Origin: Pontiella sp.
GTDB taxonomy: Bacteria; Verrucomicrobiota; Kiritimatiellia; Kiritimatiellales; Pontiellaceae
Strand: one strand, 5' to 3'
NCBI RefSeq assembly: GCF_041583075.1
Contig: NZ_JBFHGN010000007.1
DNA: 24,000 nucleotides
Part shown: positions 6,799 to 14,536 of the stretch, piece by piece
How positions within the stretch are numbered: position 1 is the stretch's first letter
Layout of the letters: every line of letters starts with the position of its first letter
Program-made: the position numbers and the translations under genes
The notes under the pieces: generated by a model
What the model was told of the DNA's origin: nothing
The model's input: only the letters and a program-made list of their open reading frames with translations
Database searches by the model: none

Positions 6799-7761
6799 CT
6801 AGGTCGCGGCGATTTCGAGGCCAAGGGTGCGGATCATCTCGAGGTCGGACTCGTATTGGGAGCCGGCGACGGTGAGGTAGTTGCCGGTCATGAGGCCGTT
6901 GGCGCCGGCGGCAAACAGATCCTTTTGGCGGTCGCCAAGGATATGGGCGCGCCCGCCGCAAATGCGCAGGGTGGTGGAGGGCAGCAGAAAACGGTAGAGG
7001 GCGATGATGCGCAGGGCCTCTTCGGCGGAAAGGGGCGGCTGGTCCTTGAGCGGCGTGCCGGCGTGGGCATAGAGGAAGTTGATCGGGACGCTGTCGACGC
7101 CGAGCTCGCGCAGGGTGAGGGCGAGGTCGATGCGGTCCTGCCAGCTTTCGCCGAGGCCGAAGAGTCCGCCGCTGCAAACCTTGAGGCCGACCTGTTGCGC
7201 GGCCTTGACGGTGTCGAGGCGGCTGGTCCAATCCTGGGTGGAGCAGATTTCGGGGTAGTAGTTTTCGGAGGCCTCGAGATTGTGGTGGAAGCGGGTGATG
7301 CCGGATTCCTTGAGCAGCGCAAGCTCTTCGGGGGCGAGGCGGCCGAGCGATCCGCAGACGGGCGCCCGTTGGCCGCTGCCGATTGTCCTGACGGTGTCGG
7401 CGAGCTGCTCGAGTTCGTTCGAGGAGAGTTTGCCGCCGCTGGTGACCACGCCGCACATGCGGTCGCCGCCTTTGATGTCGTCGCGGATGCGGTTTTCGAG
7501 GTGCTGGGCGTCCATGAAGGGGTAGACGTCGATCGCGGTGGAGTTGTGGCCGCTTTGCGAGCAGAAGCGGCAGTCCATGTCGCATTTGCCGCTTTTCGCA
7601 TTGATGATGCAGCAGAGTTGGATCTGCTTGCCGAAGAAGGCCTCGCGGATCCGGGTGGCCCCGGCAAAGAGCGCGGTTTCGTTCGCGTCGACGAGCGAAA
7701 GCGCTTCCTCGGGCGTGCAGCCGGCCCCCGCGATGGCGTTGTTGATGATCGATTCTTGCAT
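6799..7761 (-). CDS. bioB: biotin synthase (radical SAM)
   Basis: 320 aa. It has the radical-SAM motif CDMDCRFC, followed by VVTSGG, FHHNLEAS, VCSGGLFGLGES and INFL..H.GTPL, as in BioB. No other bio genes are adjacent. Confidence 0.9.
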   Translation of the reverse strand: MQESIINNAIAGAGCTPEEALSLVDANETALFAGATRIREAFFGKQIQLCCIINAKSGKCDMDCRFCSQSGHNSTAIDVYPFMDAQHLENRIRDDIKGGDRMCGVVTSGGKLSSNELEQLADTVRTIGSGQRAPVCGSLGRLAPEELALLKESGITRFHHNLEASENYYPEICSTQDWTSRLDTVKAAQQVGLKVCSGGLFGLGESWQDRIDLALTLRELGVDSVPINFLYAHAGTPLKDQPPLSAEEALRIIALYRFLLPSTTLRICGGRAHILGDRQKDLFAAGANGLMTGNYLTVAGSQYESDLEMIRTLGLEIAAT

Positions 7762-7821
7762 GGCTTCCCGTATCGGTTGTTGAAACGGGGCACCATACGG
7801 AAGAGGCGGCTTTTGGAAAGC

Positions 7822-8307
7822 CTATTTTTCGGGAGAAGGAACCACCAGCACGCAACGGTTGGTTTGGTTCATGACGGCTTCGGAGACGCTTCCGAGCAAG
7901 GCCTTGTGCAAAAGGCCATGGCCGTGGGAACCGAGAATGATCATGCCGGCATCCAGCTCTTCGGCCTTGGCAACGATGGTTTTGGCGGCGGCGCCCTTGA
8001 TCAGCAGGGCCTGGGAGTCGACCCCTTGTTCCCGCAGTTTGGCGGAGATGCCGAGCAGTTCGTTGTGCTCGCGCTTGATCTCCTCCGCGCTGAGGTCGCG
8101 GGCGAGTTGGATGTCGCCGGGCATGCTGACGAATTCGGGCGAGTAGCCCGTGAACTGCGTGCTCTCGTAGACCACGGCCTGCGTTTCGTCGGAGGTGACG
8201 TGCAGGACCCACAACTTGGCGTCGAGCGCTTTGGCGAGGTTGGCCGCATGATCGATCACGGCCTCGGTGATTTTTGAAAAATCGACGGCGACGAGCAGGT
8301 TGTTCAT
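7822..8307 (-). CDS. universal stress protein (UspA family)
   Basis: 161 aa. Reads MNNLLVAVDFS...LWVLHV...IILGSHGHGLLHKALLGSVSEAVMNQTNRCVLVV, which includes the Usp ATP-binding type G-x2-G-x9-GS motif. AGGAGG lies 4 nt upstream of the ATG. Confidence 0.88.
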   Translation of the reverse strand: MNNLLVAVDFSKITEAVIDHAANLAKALDAKLWVLHVTSDETQAVVYESTQFTGYSPEFVSMPGDIQLARDLSAEEIKREHNELLGISAKLREQGVDSQALLIKGAAAKTIVAKAEELDAGMIILGSHGHGLLHKALLGSVSEAVMNQTNRCVLVVPSPEK

Positions 8308-8332
8308 AGGGCCTCCTAGGTTCGAGAACGCT

Positions 8333-8360
8333 ACTTTAGCCCATTGGTGTTTTTTGGCAA
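8333..8360 (-). promoter_or_regulatory. candidate sigma70-type promoter for the usp gene
   Basis: The minus strand reads TTGCCA (8360-8355), 16 nt, then TAAAGT (8338-8333), about 25 nt upstream of the usp ATG. This is a pattern match only. Confidence 0.3.
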
Positions 8361-8367
8361 GAGCGGC

Positions 8368-8598
8368 TTAGGGGAGTTTGCCGCGCTGGGGGCTGATTCC
8401 GCGCCGGGGCTTGATGCCGAGCTTGTCCATGCGGTAGCGCAGGATGCGGCGGGTGGTGCCGAGATAGTCGGCGGCGCGGGTCTGGATGCCGTTGCATTTT
8501 TCCAGGGCCTCGAGGATCAGGTTGCGCTCGAAGTTGCCGACGGCTTCTTCGAGGTTGGGGAGTTGCGCGGAGTCGGGCCGGCCGTCGGGATTGCTCAT
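8368..8598 (-). CDS. stand-alone Fis-type (HTH_8) DNA-binding protein, 76 aa
   Basis: These are the last 76 codons of the 733-aa track ORF. The protein reads MSNPDGRPDSAQLPNLEEAVGNFERNLILEALEKCNGIQTRAADYLGTTRRILRYRMDKLGIKPRR, which matches the C-terminal HTH of NtrC/Fis proteins. Its own SD is GGAGG with a 7-nt spacer. ATG 8598-8596 overlaps the kinase stop as ATGA. Confidence 0.75.
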   Translation of the reverse strand: MSNPDGRPDSAQLPNLEEAVGNFERNLILEALEKCNGIQTRAADYLGTTRRILRYRMDKLGIKPRRGISPQRGKLP

Positions 8599-10586
8599 TC
8601 GGATTCCTCCAGCGCCGGCAGAACGATGGAGACGGTGGTGCCGCCGGAGCTGGTCTCGATATCCATCTGGCCGTTGTGGTCGACCACCGCGCGTTTGGCG
8701 ATGGGGAGTCCAAGCCCGAACCCGAGGGCCTTGGTGGTGATGAACGGCGAGAAAACCTTGTCGCGTACGGAGTCGTCGATCCCGCTTCCGTTGTCGGTGA
8801 CCATGATGAAGACGTTCCCGGAACCCTGTTCGGGCATGCGGCCCTTGGCGGTGACGTTGATGCGCGAGCCGGGCTTGTTGGCCAGGTTTTCGGCGGCGTT
8901 CTTGAGCAGGTGGTAGACGCATTCCTCGAGCGAGCCGGCGTCGCCGTTGATCTGCAACGCGGAGTCGTCGGCCGATAGATGGATCTTGAGGTTGTCGTGG
9001 TCGAGTTCGGACTGGATGCGGGTGACGGCGTGTTCGATGGGTTTGCGGATGTCGAGCGGTTGCAGATTGGGTTTGGGCGGGTTGGCGAATTCGTTGATCT
9101 TGTCGATGATCTGGTTGAGGCGGTCGACTTCGCTGGTGACCTGGTCGCCGAATTCGGTGCGGAAGTCCGCATCCTCGTAGCGCTTGGGCAGGAGCTGGGC
9201 AAAGGTTTTGATGGCGACGAGCGGGTTGCGGATTTCGTGGCTCATGCTGGATGCCAGTTCGTTCCAGAAGGTGGCGCGCTCGACCTGCTCCTCCTTTTCC
9301 TTGAGCAGCTTGACCCCGGTCACGTCGCGCAGCATCGTCATGGCGCCGACGCAGGTTCCGCCGTCGGAGAGGCAGCGGGTTTCTGCGGCGAGGGTGAGCT
9401 TGGTGCGGCTGTCGGTCCATTCGAGGAGATCGCGGGCGGCCATCTGTTTGACGGAGCGGCGCAACGTGTCGGCGATGCGGCTGCCGAGAACCTCGGCCTT
9501 TTGTCCGATGATCTCTTCCTCGGTCGGCTGGAGGATTTCCCGGGCCGTGCTGTTGAACCAGCGAATGATCGCGTTTTCGTCGCACGCCACGATGCCGAAC
9601 GGGATGGAGTGCAGCACCGTTTCGGCGAGGGCCTTCTGCAGGGCGGTCGCTTCGTACTGCAGCGCTTTTTCCAACGTGGTGGAAATATGGTCGGCGAGTC
9701 CGGTGAGGTCCTCGAGGTCGGTGAGGTCGAACGGAATTCCGGTGGAGCGCTGGCCAACGAAGATCCAGCCTTTGATGCAACCGGAGGCATAGAGCGGGAT
9801 GATGATCTCGGCCCCGAGCGAGTCGAGCATATGCTTGAGCATGGCCCGTTCCTGGGGATCGAAAACGTTTTCGAGCGTCTTGCGCGAAATCAAGTGGGTA
9901 TTCATTTCCAGCCAGCGGACAAAGGGGTTGTCGGGGCGGATGACCAGTTTTTCCGTGGCGGCGAGGCAGCGGGTGCCCGCCTGGTAGGCGTAGTTGTCGG
10001 TTGCTTCGGATTTGATGAAAATGCCCGCGCGCGAAACCCGGGCCGTGGCGACGAGGCCCTCGACGACGCTTTCGAAAAGCATGTCCACGTTGTCGAAATT
10101 GCGCTGCGCCTTGGAAAAGTTCTGCAGCGGAGCGGAAAACAGCGCGCGCGGCTGGGGGCGTTGTTCGGCTCTGCGGGCATTCAGGGTGGCGAGCTCTTCC
10201 TGCAGGATCTTGTTCTTTTGGCGGAGCGACAGGCATTCGATCGCCTGCTTGAGCAGGGCCTGGAATGCGCGGCGGTCGGGTTCCAGCGAGGTCGTCGCGA
10301 ACGGTTCGAGCCATTCGGCGGCAAGCATCGGGTCGGAACGGTCGGCGCCGAGCACAATGACGATGGTCGAGGGCTTTTCCTTGCGGATCGACGCGAGGAC
10401 GTCGAGGCAGTTGGCGGCCCGCAAGTCGGCGATAAGCAGCGTGTCGCCGAACTGGGCGATCCACTGCTCCAACTCGGTCTGTTCGTCGATCGGTTGCAGC
10501 GCCACGATGGAAGAGGCGATGCGGACGATGCGCCCGGAGAGGTTCTCGTCGCGGGTGTATAGGATGCATGACGGAAGGGTCTTCAT
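8595..10586 (-). CDS. cytoplasmic sensor histidine kinase: receiver-like domain, GAF, PAS, HisKA, HATPase_c
   Basis: 663 aa with no TM segment. The N-terminal ~120 aa have a receiver-like pattern (LLIADLRA) but lack the usual T/S and K. The H-box is SMSHEIRNPLVAIKTFAQLLPKRY, the N-box HLLKNAAEN, G1 DNGSGI and G2 GFGLGL. The start ATG overlaps the upstream kinase stop as ATGA. Confidence 0.88.
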   Translation of the reverse strand: MKTLPSCILYTRDENLSGRIVRIASSIVALQPIDEQTELEQWIAQFGDTLLIADLRAANCLDVLASIRKEKPSTIVIVLGADRSDPMLAAEWLEPFATTSLEPDRRAFQALLKQAIECLSLRQKNKILQEELATLNARRAEQRPQPRALFSAPLQNFSKAQRNFDNVDMLFESVVEGLVATARVSRAGIFIKSEATDNYAYQAGTRCLAATEKLVIRPDNPFVRWLEMNTHLISRKTLENVFDPQERAMLKHMLDSLGAEIIIPLYASGCIKGWIFVGQRSTGIPFDLTDLEDLTGLADHISTTLEKALQYEATALQKALAETVLHSIPFGIVACDENAIIRWFNSTAREILQPTEEEIIGQKAEVLGSRIADTLRRSVKQMAARDLLEWTDSRTKLTLAAETRCLSDGGTCVGAMTMLRDVTGVKLLKEKEEQVERATFWNELASSMSHEIRNPLVAIKTFAQLLPKRYEDADFRTEFGDQVTSEVDRLNQIIDKINEFANPPKPNLQPLDIRKPIEHAVTRIQSELDHDNLKIHLSADDSALQINGDAGSLEECVYHLLKNAAENLANKPGSRINVTAKGRMPEQGSGNVFIMVTDNGSGIDDSVRDKVFSPFITTKALGFGLGLPIAKRAVVDHNGQMDIETSSGGTTVSIVLPALEESE

Positions 10587-13090
10587 TTGGCGATGCCCTC
10601 TTCTAGAACCGGGATGTAGACATAGAACGTGGTGCCGCGACCGGGTTCGCTTTCCACCTCGATCACGCCATGGTGCTCGCTGATAATGCCGTGTGCAACG
10701 GATAGCCCCATACCGGTTCCTTCGCTTTTGCTGGTGAAGAACGGATCGAAGATCTTTTGGAGCTTATCGCGTTCGATGCCCTTGCCCGTATCGGTGATTT
10801 GCAGGCGGATGCACTTCTTCGTCGTCGCCCGTTCCCGGGTGTCGGGACTGGCGAAGCGGTAGTTGCAGTTGATGGTGCCGATGGTGATGTTGCCGCCCTC
10901 GCCGATCGCTTCGATGGCATTCAGCTTGAGGTTGATCAGGGCTTGCGACAGCAACTTGGCGTCACCGAAGATTTCGTCGTTGGAAGCGTTGTATTTTGTC
11001 GTGAGGTCGATGTGGTTCAAGGCGCGCTGTTCGTGGGTGAGTTTGAGCGTCTGGGCAATGGTGTCCTGCAGTTTCATGGGAATGAGGTGCGGTTTGGCCG
11101 GTTTCGAGAAGCTGAGCAATTCGTTGACGATGCCGTCGATGCGCGAAACCTCATGGGCGACCAAACTCGAAAAATCGTGCCGGAAGTCCTCGTCGTTGTA
11201 GCGCTTCGGCAGTAGCTGGGAGAAGGTTTTGATCGTGACGAGCGGGTTCTTGATTTCGTGGGCCATGCCCGCCGCCAAGGTGCCGACGCTCGAAAGCTGG
11301 TCCGTTCTGCGAACCTGTTCTTCAAGGCCTTTCAATTCGGTGATGTCGGTGAAGACCAGCAGCGCGCCCATCGGCTTGCCGTCGTGCCCTAGCAAAAAGG
11401 CCGAGCCCATGCGGATGTTCGCGCTCTCTTCCTCCGTGTCTGGGTTATACAGCGTTGCGTCCATGTTGCGAACGCCCGTCTTGGTTTCGAGCGTGGTTTC
11501 GAGCGCCATTTGGATGGCTCGCGGCAGGATCCCGATCGGTTTTCCGATCGCCGCATCGTCGGGGATGCCGGTGATGCGCTGCGCCTCGTGGTTGAACAGG
11601 GTAATGGTCCGGTCGGGGCTGGCCACGATCACTCCGCTCACCAGCTGGTCGAGCATGATTTCGTTGCGGATCTTGCTGTCCTGCATCTCCGTATAAAGCT
11701 GCGCATTCTCCAGTGCCACCGCAAACTGGTTGCACAGGATTTGGAGTCCATCTTGCTCGGACTTGTCATAAATCCTTCCATTCGCTCTGGAGCTGAGCAG
11801 GACTACGGACTGGATATCCGATTTTCGAAAGACTCCGATAGCGATGCTTGCATCCAGCTCTGCAAATTGCTGCCTTACTTGCTGTAAGGCTTCAGTCGGC
11901 CTTAGGCGGGCAATGATTTCCGCACAGACCGGTTCGTGCGTTTTGTGAATCATGGAAACCAGTTCGCTGTTTACTGAAACTTGTTTTTCAATGGAATCGT
12001 CTGTTGAAAACGCTGTTTCGAAAAAAAAGCCGTTAAGTGTTAAAATACAAACGTGTCTTGGTGAAAATTCATCAAGCAAAAACTCGGAAAACTGGGAAAG
12101 CAGGGCTTTGTATGTGGTTACCGCTTGAAAGATCTCCCCTGATGATTTTATGACAGCTGATATGTCGGTTGATTGGAGTACAATAAGTTTATCGGCGGCT
12201 CGCTGTAGTTTTTTTCGCGCTGGTGCCATTGAAAAAACTACAACAAGAGTGCAGACGATTTGAAGGGATACAGAGCTTTGAAAGCCCAGACCCTTAAAGA
12301 CTAGCGTCAAGCTATTCCAACTTATGAGATAAACGATCGTCATGTAGCACGCCAGTAAAGCGTATGCCATGATTTTTCGGAGGATGATGGCTACGGCTAG
12401 GATCTTGTGAACAGAGATTCCGTAAGCAACGATTGAAGTCAGCGTAAGAACGCTTGAGGCATGTGCAATTGGTACCGGGACAAAGCTGTCAAGAAGGGCC
12501 GCAAGAACTGTTCCGCATAGTCCTACAACAAGGCCTGCGATACAGGCAAAGCCAAGAAATTCAAGTTCAAGCCTTTGGTTTCCGTGCAATATTTTACGAT
12601 CACGATTGAGCGCATGGGCTAAAACGGCGAGTGCGCTTAGAAAGTAAAGGTTATATAGAGGATAGAATGGTCCGAATTTTGGGGTGGCAATGCTCATGCC
12701 GGTTTCGGCAACTTCTTTGTTTGCGGAGATTAAGAAGAGGTGATTAAAGCATAACGCTAGCATGATTAAGTTGAAAAGAATGTGAATCTTGCACTTTTTA
12801 ATGATTTCGATCCACGGCGCAGCTGGGTATCTTATTGAAAGACGAAGAAAATGAAATGTAGTGGGAATGAAGGCCGCAATGGCAAACGCTGCTTGTATTC
12901 CATTTTTTGTTAGAGCATCCGTCCTTGAGTTGGCAATGAAGACATTCGAGGCAAGCCATAAGGCCATGCAGATGGATGCTGTAAGGAATGCTTGATTTGT
13001 TTTCCGATAGTTGTTGTTTGCATATACGGCTATGCCTACTCCCAAAGAGATCAAGGAAGCTATTGATGGGAAAATGGTGATGATGTCCAT
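10583..13090 (-). CDS. membrane sensor histidine kinase: ~9 TM helices, GAF, PAS, HisKA, HATPase_c
   Basis: 835 aa. The first ~290 aa contain about nine hydrophobic helices and no sizeable periplasmic loop. A GAF-like region and a PAS domain follow. The H-box is GMAHEIKNPLVTIKTFSQLLPKRY, G1 TDTGKGI and G2 GTGMGL. The start ATG overlaps the ketosynthase stop as TAATG. Confidence 0.9.
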   Translation of the reverse strand: MDIITIFPSIASLISLGVGIAVYANNNYRKTNQAFLTASICMALWLASNVFIANSRTDALTKNGIQAAFAIAAFIPTTFHFLRLSIRYPAAPWIEIIKKCKIHILFNLIMLALCFNHLFLISANKEVAETGMSIATPKFGPFYPLYNLYFLSALAVLAHALNRDRKILHGNQRLELEFLGFACIAGLVVGLCGTVLAALLDSFVPVPIAHASSVLTLTSIVAYGISVHKILAVAIILRKIMAYALLACYMTIVYLISWNSLTLVFKGLGFQSSVSLQIVCTLVVVFSMAPARKKLQRAADKLIVLQSTDISAVIKSSGEIFQAVTTYKALLSQFSEFLLDEFSPRHVCILTLNGFFFETAFSTDDSIEKQVSVNSELVSMIHKTHEPVCAEIIARLRPTEALQQVRQQFAELDASIAIGVFRKSDIQSVVLLSSRANGRIYDKSEQDGLQILCNQFAVALENAQLYTEMQDSKIRNEIMLDQLVSGVIVASPDRTITLFNHEAQRITGIPDDAAIGKPIGILPRAIQMALETTLETKTGVRNMDATLYNPDTEEESANIRMGSAFLLGHDGKPMGALLVFTDITELKGLEEQVRRTDQLSSVGTLAAGMAHEIKNPLVTIKTFSQLLPKRYNDEDFRHDFSSLVAHEVSRIDGIVNELLSFSKPAKPHLIPMKLQDTIAQTLKLTHEQRALNHIDLTTKYNASNDEIFGDAKLLSQALINLKLNAIEAIGEGGNITIGTINCNYRFASPDTRERATTKKCIRLQITDTGKGIERDKLQKIFDPFFTSKSEGTGMGLSVAHGIISEHHGVIEVESEPGRGTTFYVYIPVLEEGIAK

Positions 13091-14322
13091 TAATCCAGAT
13101 TCCGCAGTAGAAGAGAACTATTCACACCGCCAATTCCTCGGCTATTGACAATAGAGATTCCGAGGTCATGCTGTCGCGCGTAGAGTGGAACATAATCCAG
13201 ATCACATGCGGGGTCTGGTACTTCAAGGTTTGCGGTGGGGGGGATGGTTCCATTTGCATATGATAGGCATGTGGAGATTGTTTGTATGGCTCCTCCCGCC
13301 GCCAAGGGATTTCCCGTTACTCCTTTAATTGATGCAACGGGAATGTTGTAGGCCTGAGGTCCAAATGTAGCTTTAATCGCTTCTGTTTCCATTTGATCCA
13401 AGGCTATATCGCTAGAGCCATGGGCATTGATGTATGAAATATCTTTAGGCATGAAGCCTGCGTTCAGAAGGGCTCCCTCCATGCTGTTTTTGAAACCATA
13501 ATCTTTCATATGGATATAGTCGCATGTCGTGCTATAGCCAACGATTTCTGCATATGGTGTGGCACCTCTTGCCAAGGCGCCATCCATAGACTCGATTACA
13601 ACAACCCCCGCTCCTTCCCCTAAAAATCCACCGGTTCTGAGAAGATCAAAAGGGCGGCTTACTTTTCTGGGGTCGTCCGATGTTTTCGAGAGTAATCCGG
13701 CGTAGCCCAGTCCGGTCACCACCGAAGGTATCACTACGGCATCGGTACCTCCGGCGACCGCAATTTCGGTCTCTCCCCGTTGAACGGCCGAAAACGCGGA
13801 TGCAATAGCATCAAGTCCCCCTGTGCAACTATTTGAAAGGGCTCCGATTCTGGTTGGAACGTCAAGCATTTTTGAAATCACGCTTGGGCCCTTAATGTGA
13901 AGGCAATAGGAAACCGTCGTCAATCCCTTGTCGATTCCTTTGCTTTCCAGTCGGCGATTATGGATTTCAACCAGATCAAGTCCGCCGAGAGTCGTGCCAA
14001 TGGTTACGAGGATCGGGGCAGCCGAGGCTAGTTCCTTTCTGTTAAGTTTCGCATCTTTGATTGCCATTTGGGCGGCGGTAGCAAGTAACTGTGTTCCTCG
14101 GTTTTCTCGTTTTGGTCGTAATTTCTTGTCTAAATAGTCGGTTGGCGTAAATCCCTTAACCTCACCAGCCAATTTCCACGGAATGTCGGACGCATCGAAT
14201 AGGGTGATGGGGCCGATGCCGGACTCGCCGGCGAGGAGGGAATTCCAGAAGGCTTCTTTGCCTATGCCATTGGCCGCAAGCACTCCCAGCCCGGTTATAA
14301 CTACTCTGTTTTTGCCGATCAC
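13090..14322 (-). CDS. beta-ketoacyl-ACP synthase, KAS I/II (FabF/FabB) fold, atypical triad
   Basis: Full-length similarity to FabF: NRVVITGLG, active-site SNSCTGG, GEGAG, NAHGSS, IKGVTGNPLAAGG and GIGGVNSSLLL. I prefer the GTG start at 14322-14320, with GGGGAG 9 nt upstream. That gives 410 aa and an N-terminus MIGKNRVVITGLG like canonical FabF. Alternative starts are ATG 14364 and the track's TTG 14415. Confidence 0.85.
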   Translation of the reverse strand: MIGKNRVVITGLGVLAANGIGKEAFWNSLLAGESGIGPITLFDASDIPWKLAGEVKGFTPTDYLDKKLRPKRENRGTQLLATAAQMAIKDAKLNRKELASAAPILVTIGTTLGGLDLVEIHNRRLESKGIDKGLTTVSYCLHIKGPSVISKMLDVPTRIGALSNSCTGGLDAIASAFSAVQRGETEIAVAGGTDAVVIPSVVTGLGYAGLLSKTSDDPRKVSRPFDLLRTGGFLGEGAGVVVIESMDGALARGATPYAEIVGYSTTCDYIHMKDYGFKNSMEGALLNAGFMPKDISYINAHGSSDIALDQMETEAIKATFGPQAYNIPVASIKGVTGNPLAAGGAIQTISTCLSYANGTIPPTANLEVPDPACDLDYVPLYARQHDLGISIVNSRGIGGVNSSLLLRNLD

Positions 14323-14385
14323 GCGCCTGAACTCCCCGTTGGAATCGGTGACACTTTGCAACATCCGGTCGCTGTGCCACATCCC

Positions 14386-14401
14386 TGTACAATTTTGTAC
14401 A
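14386..14401. promoter_or_regulatory. perfect 7+7 inverted repeat, candidate operator upstream of the ketosynthase operon
   Basis: TGTACAA-TT-TTGTACA, a 16-bp palindrome 64 nt upstream of the preferred GTG start, within the AT-rich divergent control region. Confidence 0.35.
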
Positions 14402-14465
14402 CGATAGAATATCAATATGTTGTATATATCAAGAATTATTACACAACCTATGGGCGAAATTCTTG

Positions 14466-14494
14466 CTGACAGCCGGCATGCCCATTGCTATAAC
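14466..14494 (+). promoter_or_regulatory. candidate sigma70-type promoter for the FadL-type operon
   Basis: CTGACA (14466-14471, in the context TTGCTGACA), 17 nt, then TATAAC (14489-14494), about 43 nt upstream of ATG 14537. Confidence 0.45.
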
Positions 14495-14536
14495 TTCACA
14501 GGTTGAATATAAACCAGCAATACAGGGGGTAAGTCC

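Noticed and set aside
6533-8277. 559-aa (-), 519-aa (+) and 302-aa (-) ORFs overlapping bioB and the usp gene.
   Set aside because: These are alternative or antisense frames with extreme Arg/Pro/Ala/Gly bias. The bioB and Usp frames have clear family motifs.
8979-10562. 527-aa plus-strand ORF opposite the cytoplasmic kinase.
   Set aside because: This is an antisense shadow ORF with no motifs.
8599-10569. The upstream ~650 codons of the 733-aa ORF in a second frame over the kinase gene. I also considered that the HTH is the frameshifted C-terminus of the kinase.
   Set aside because: Only the last 76 codons show homology (HTH_8). They have their own strong SD and an ATGA overlap, the same coupling used at two other junctions in this window. 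The remainder is Arg/Pro-rich out-of-frame noise. A sequencing frameshift cannot be excluded without reads.
14323-14415. Longer ketosynthase start choices (track TTG 14415, ATG 14382, ATG 14364).
   Set aside because: None has an SD. GTG 14322 has GGGGAG 9 nt upstream, yields a FabF-like N-terminus and length, and brings the catalytic residue numbering within 2-3 of E. coli FabF. The start remains unproven.
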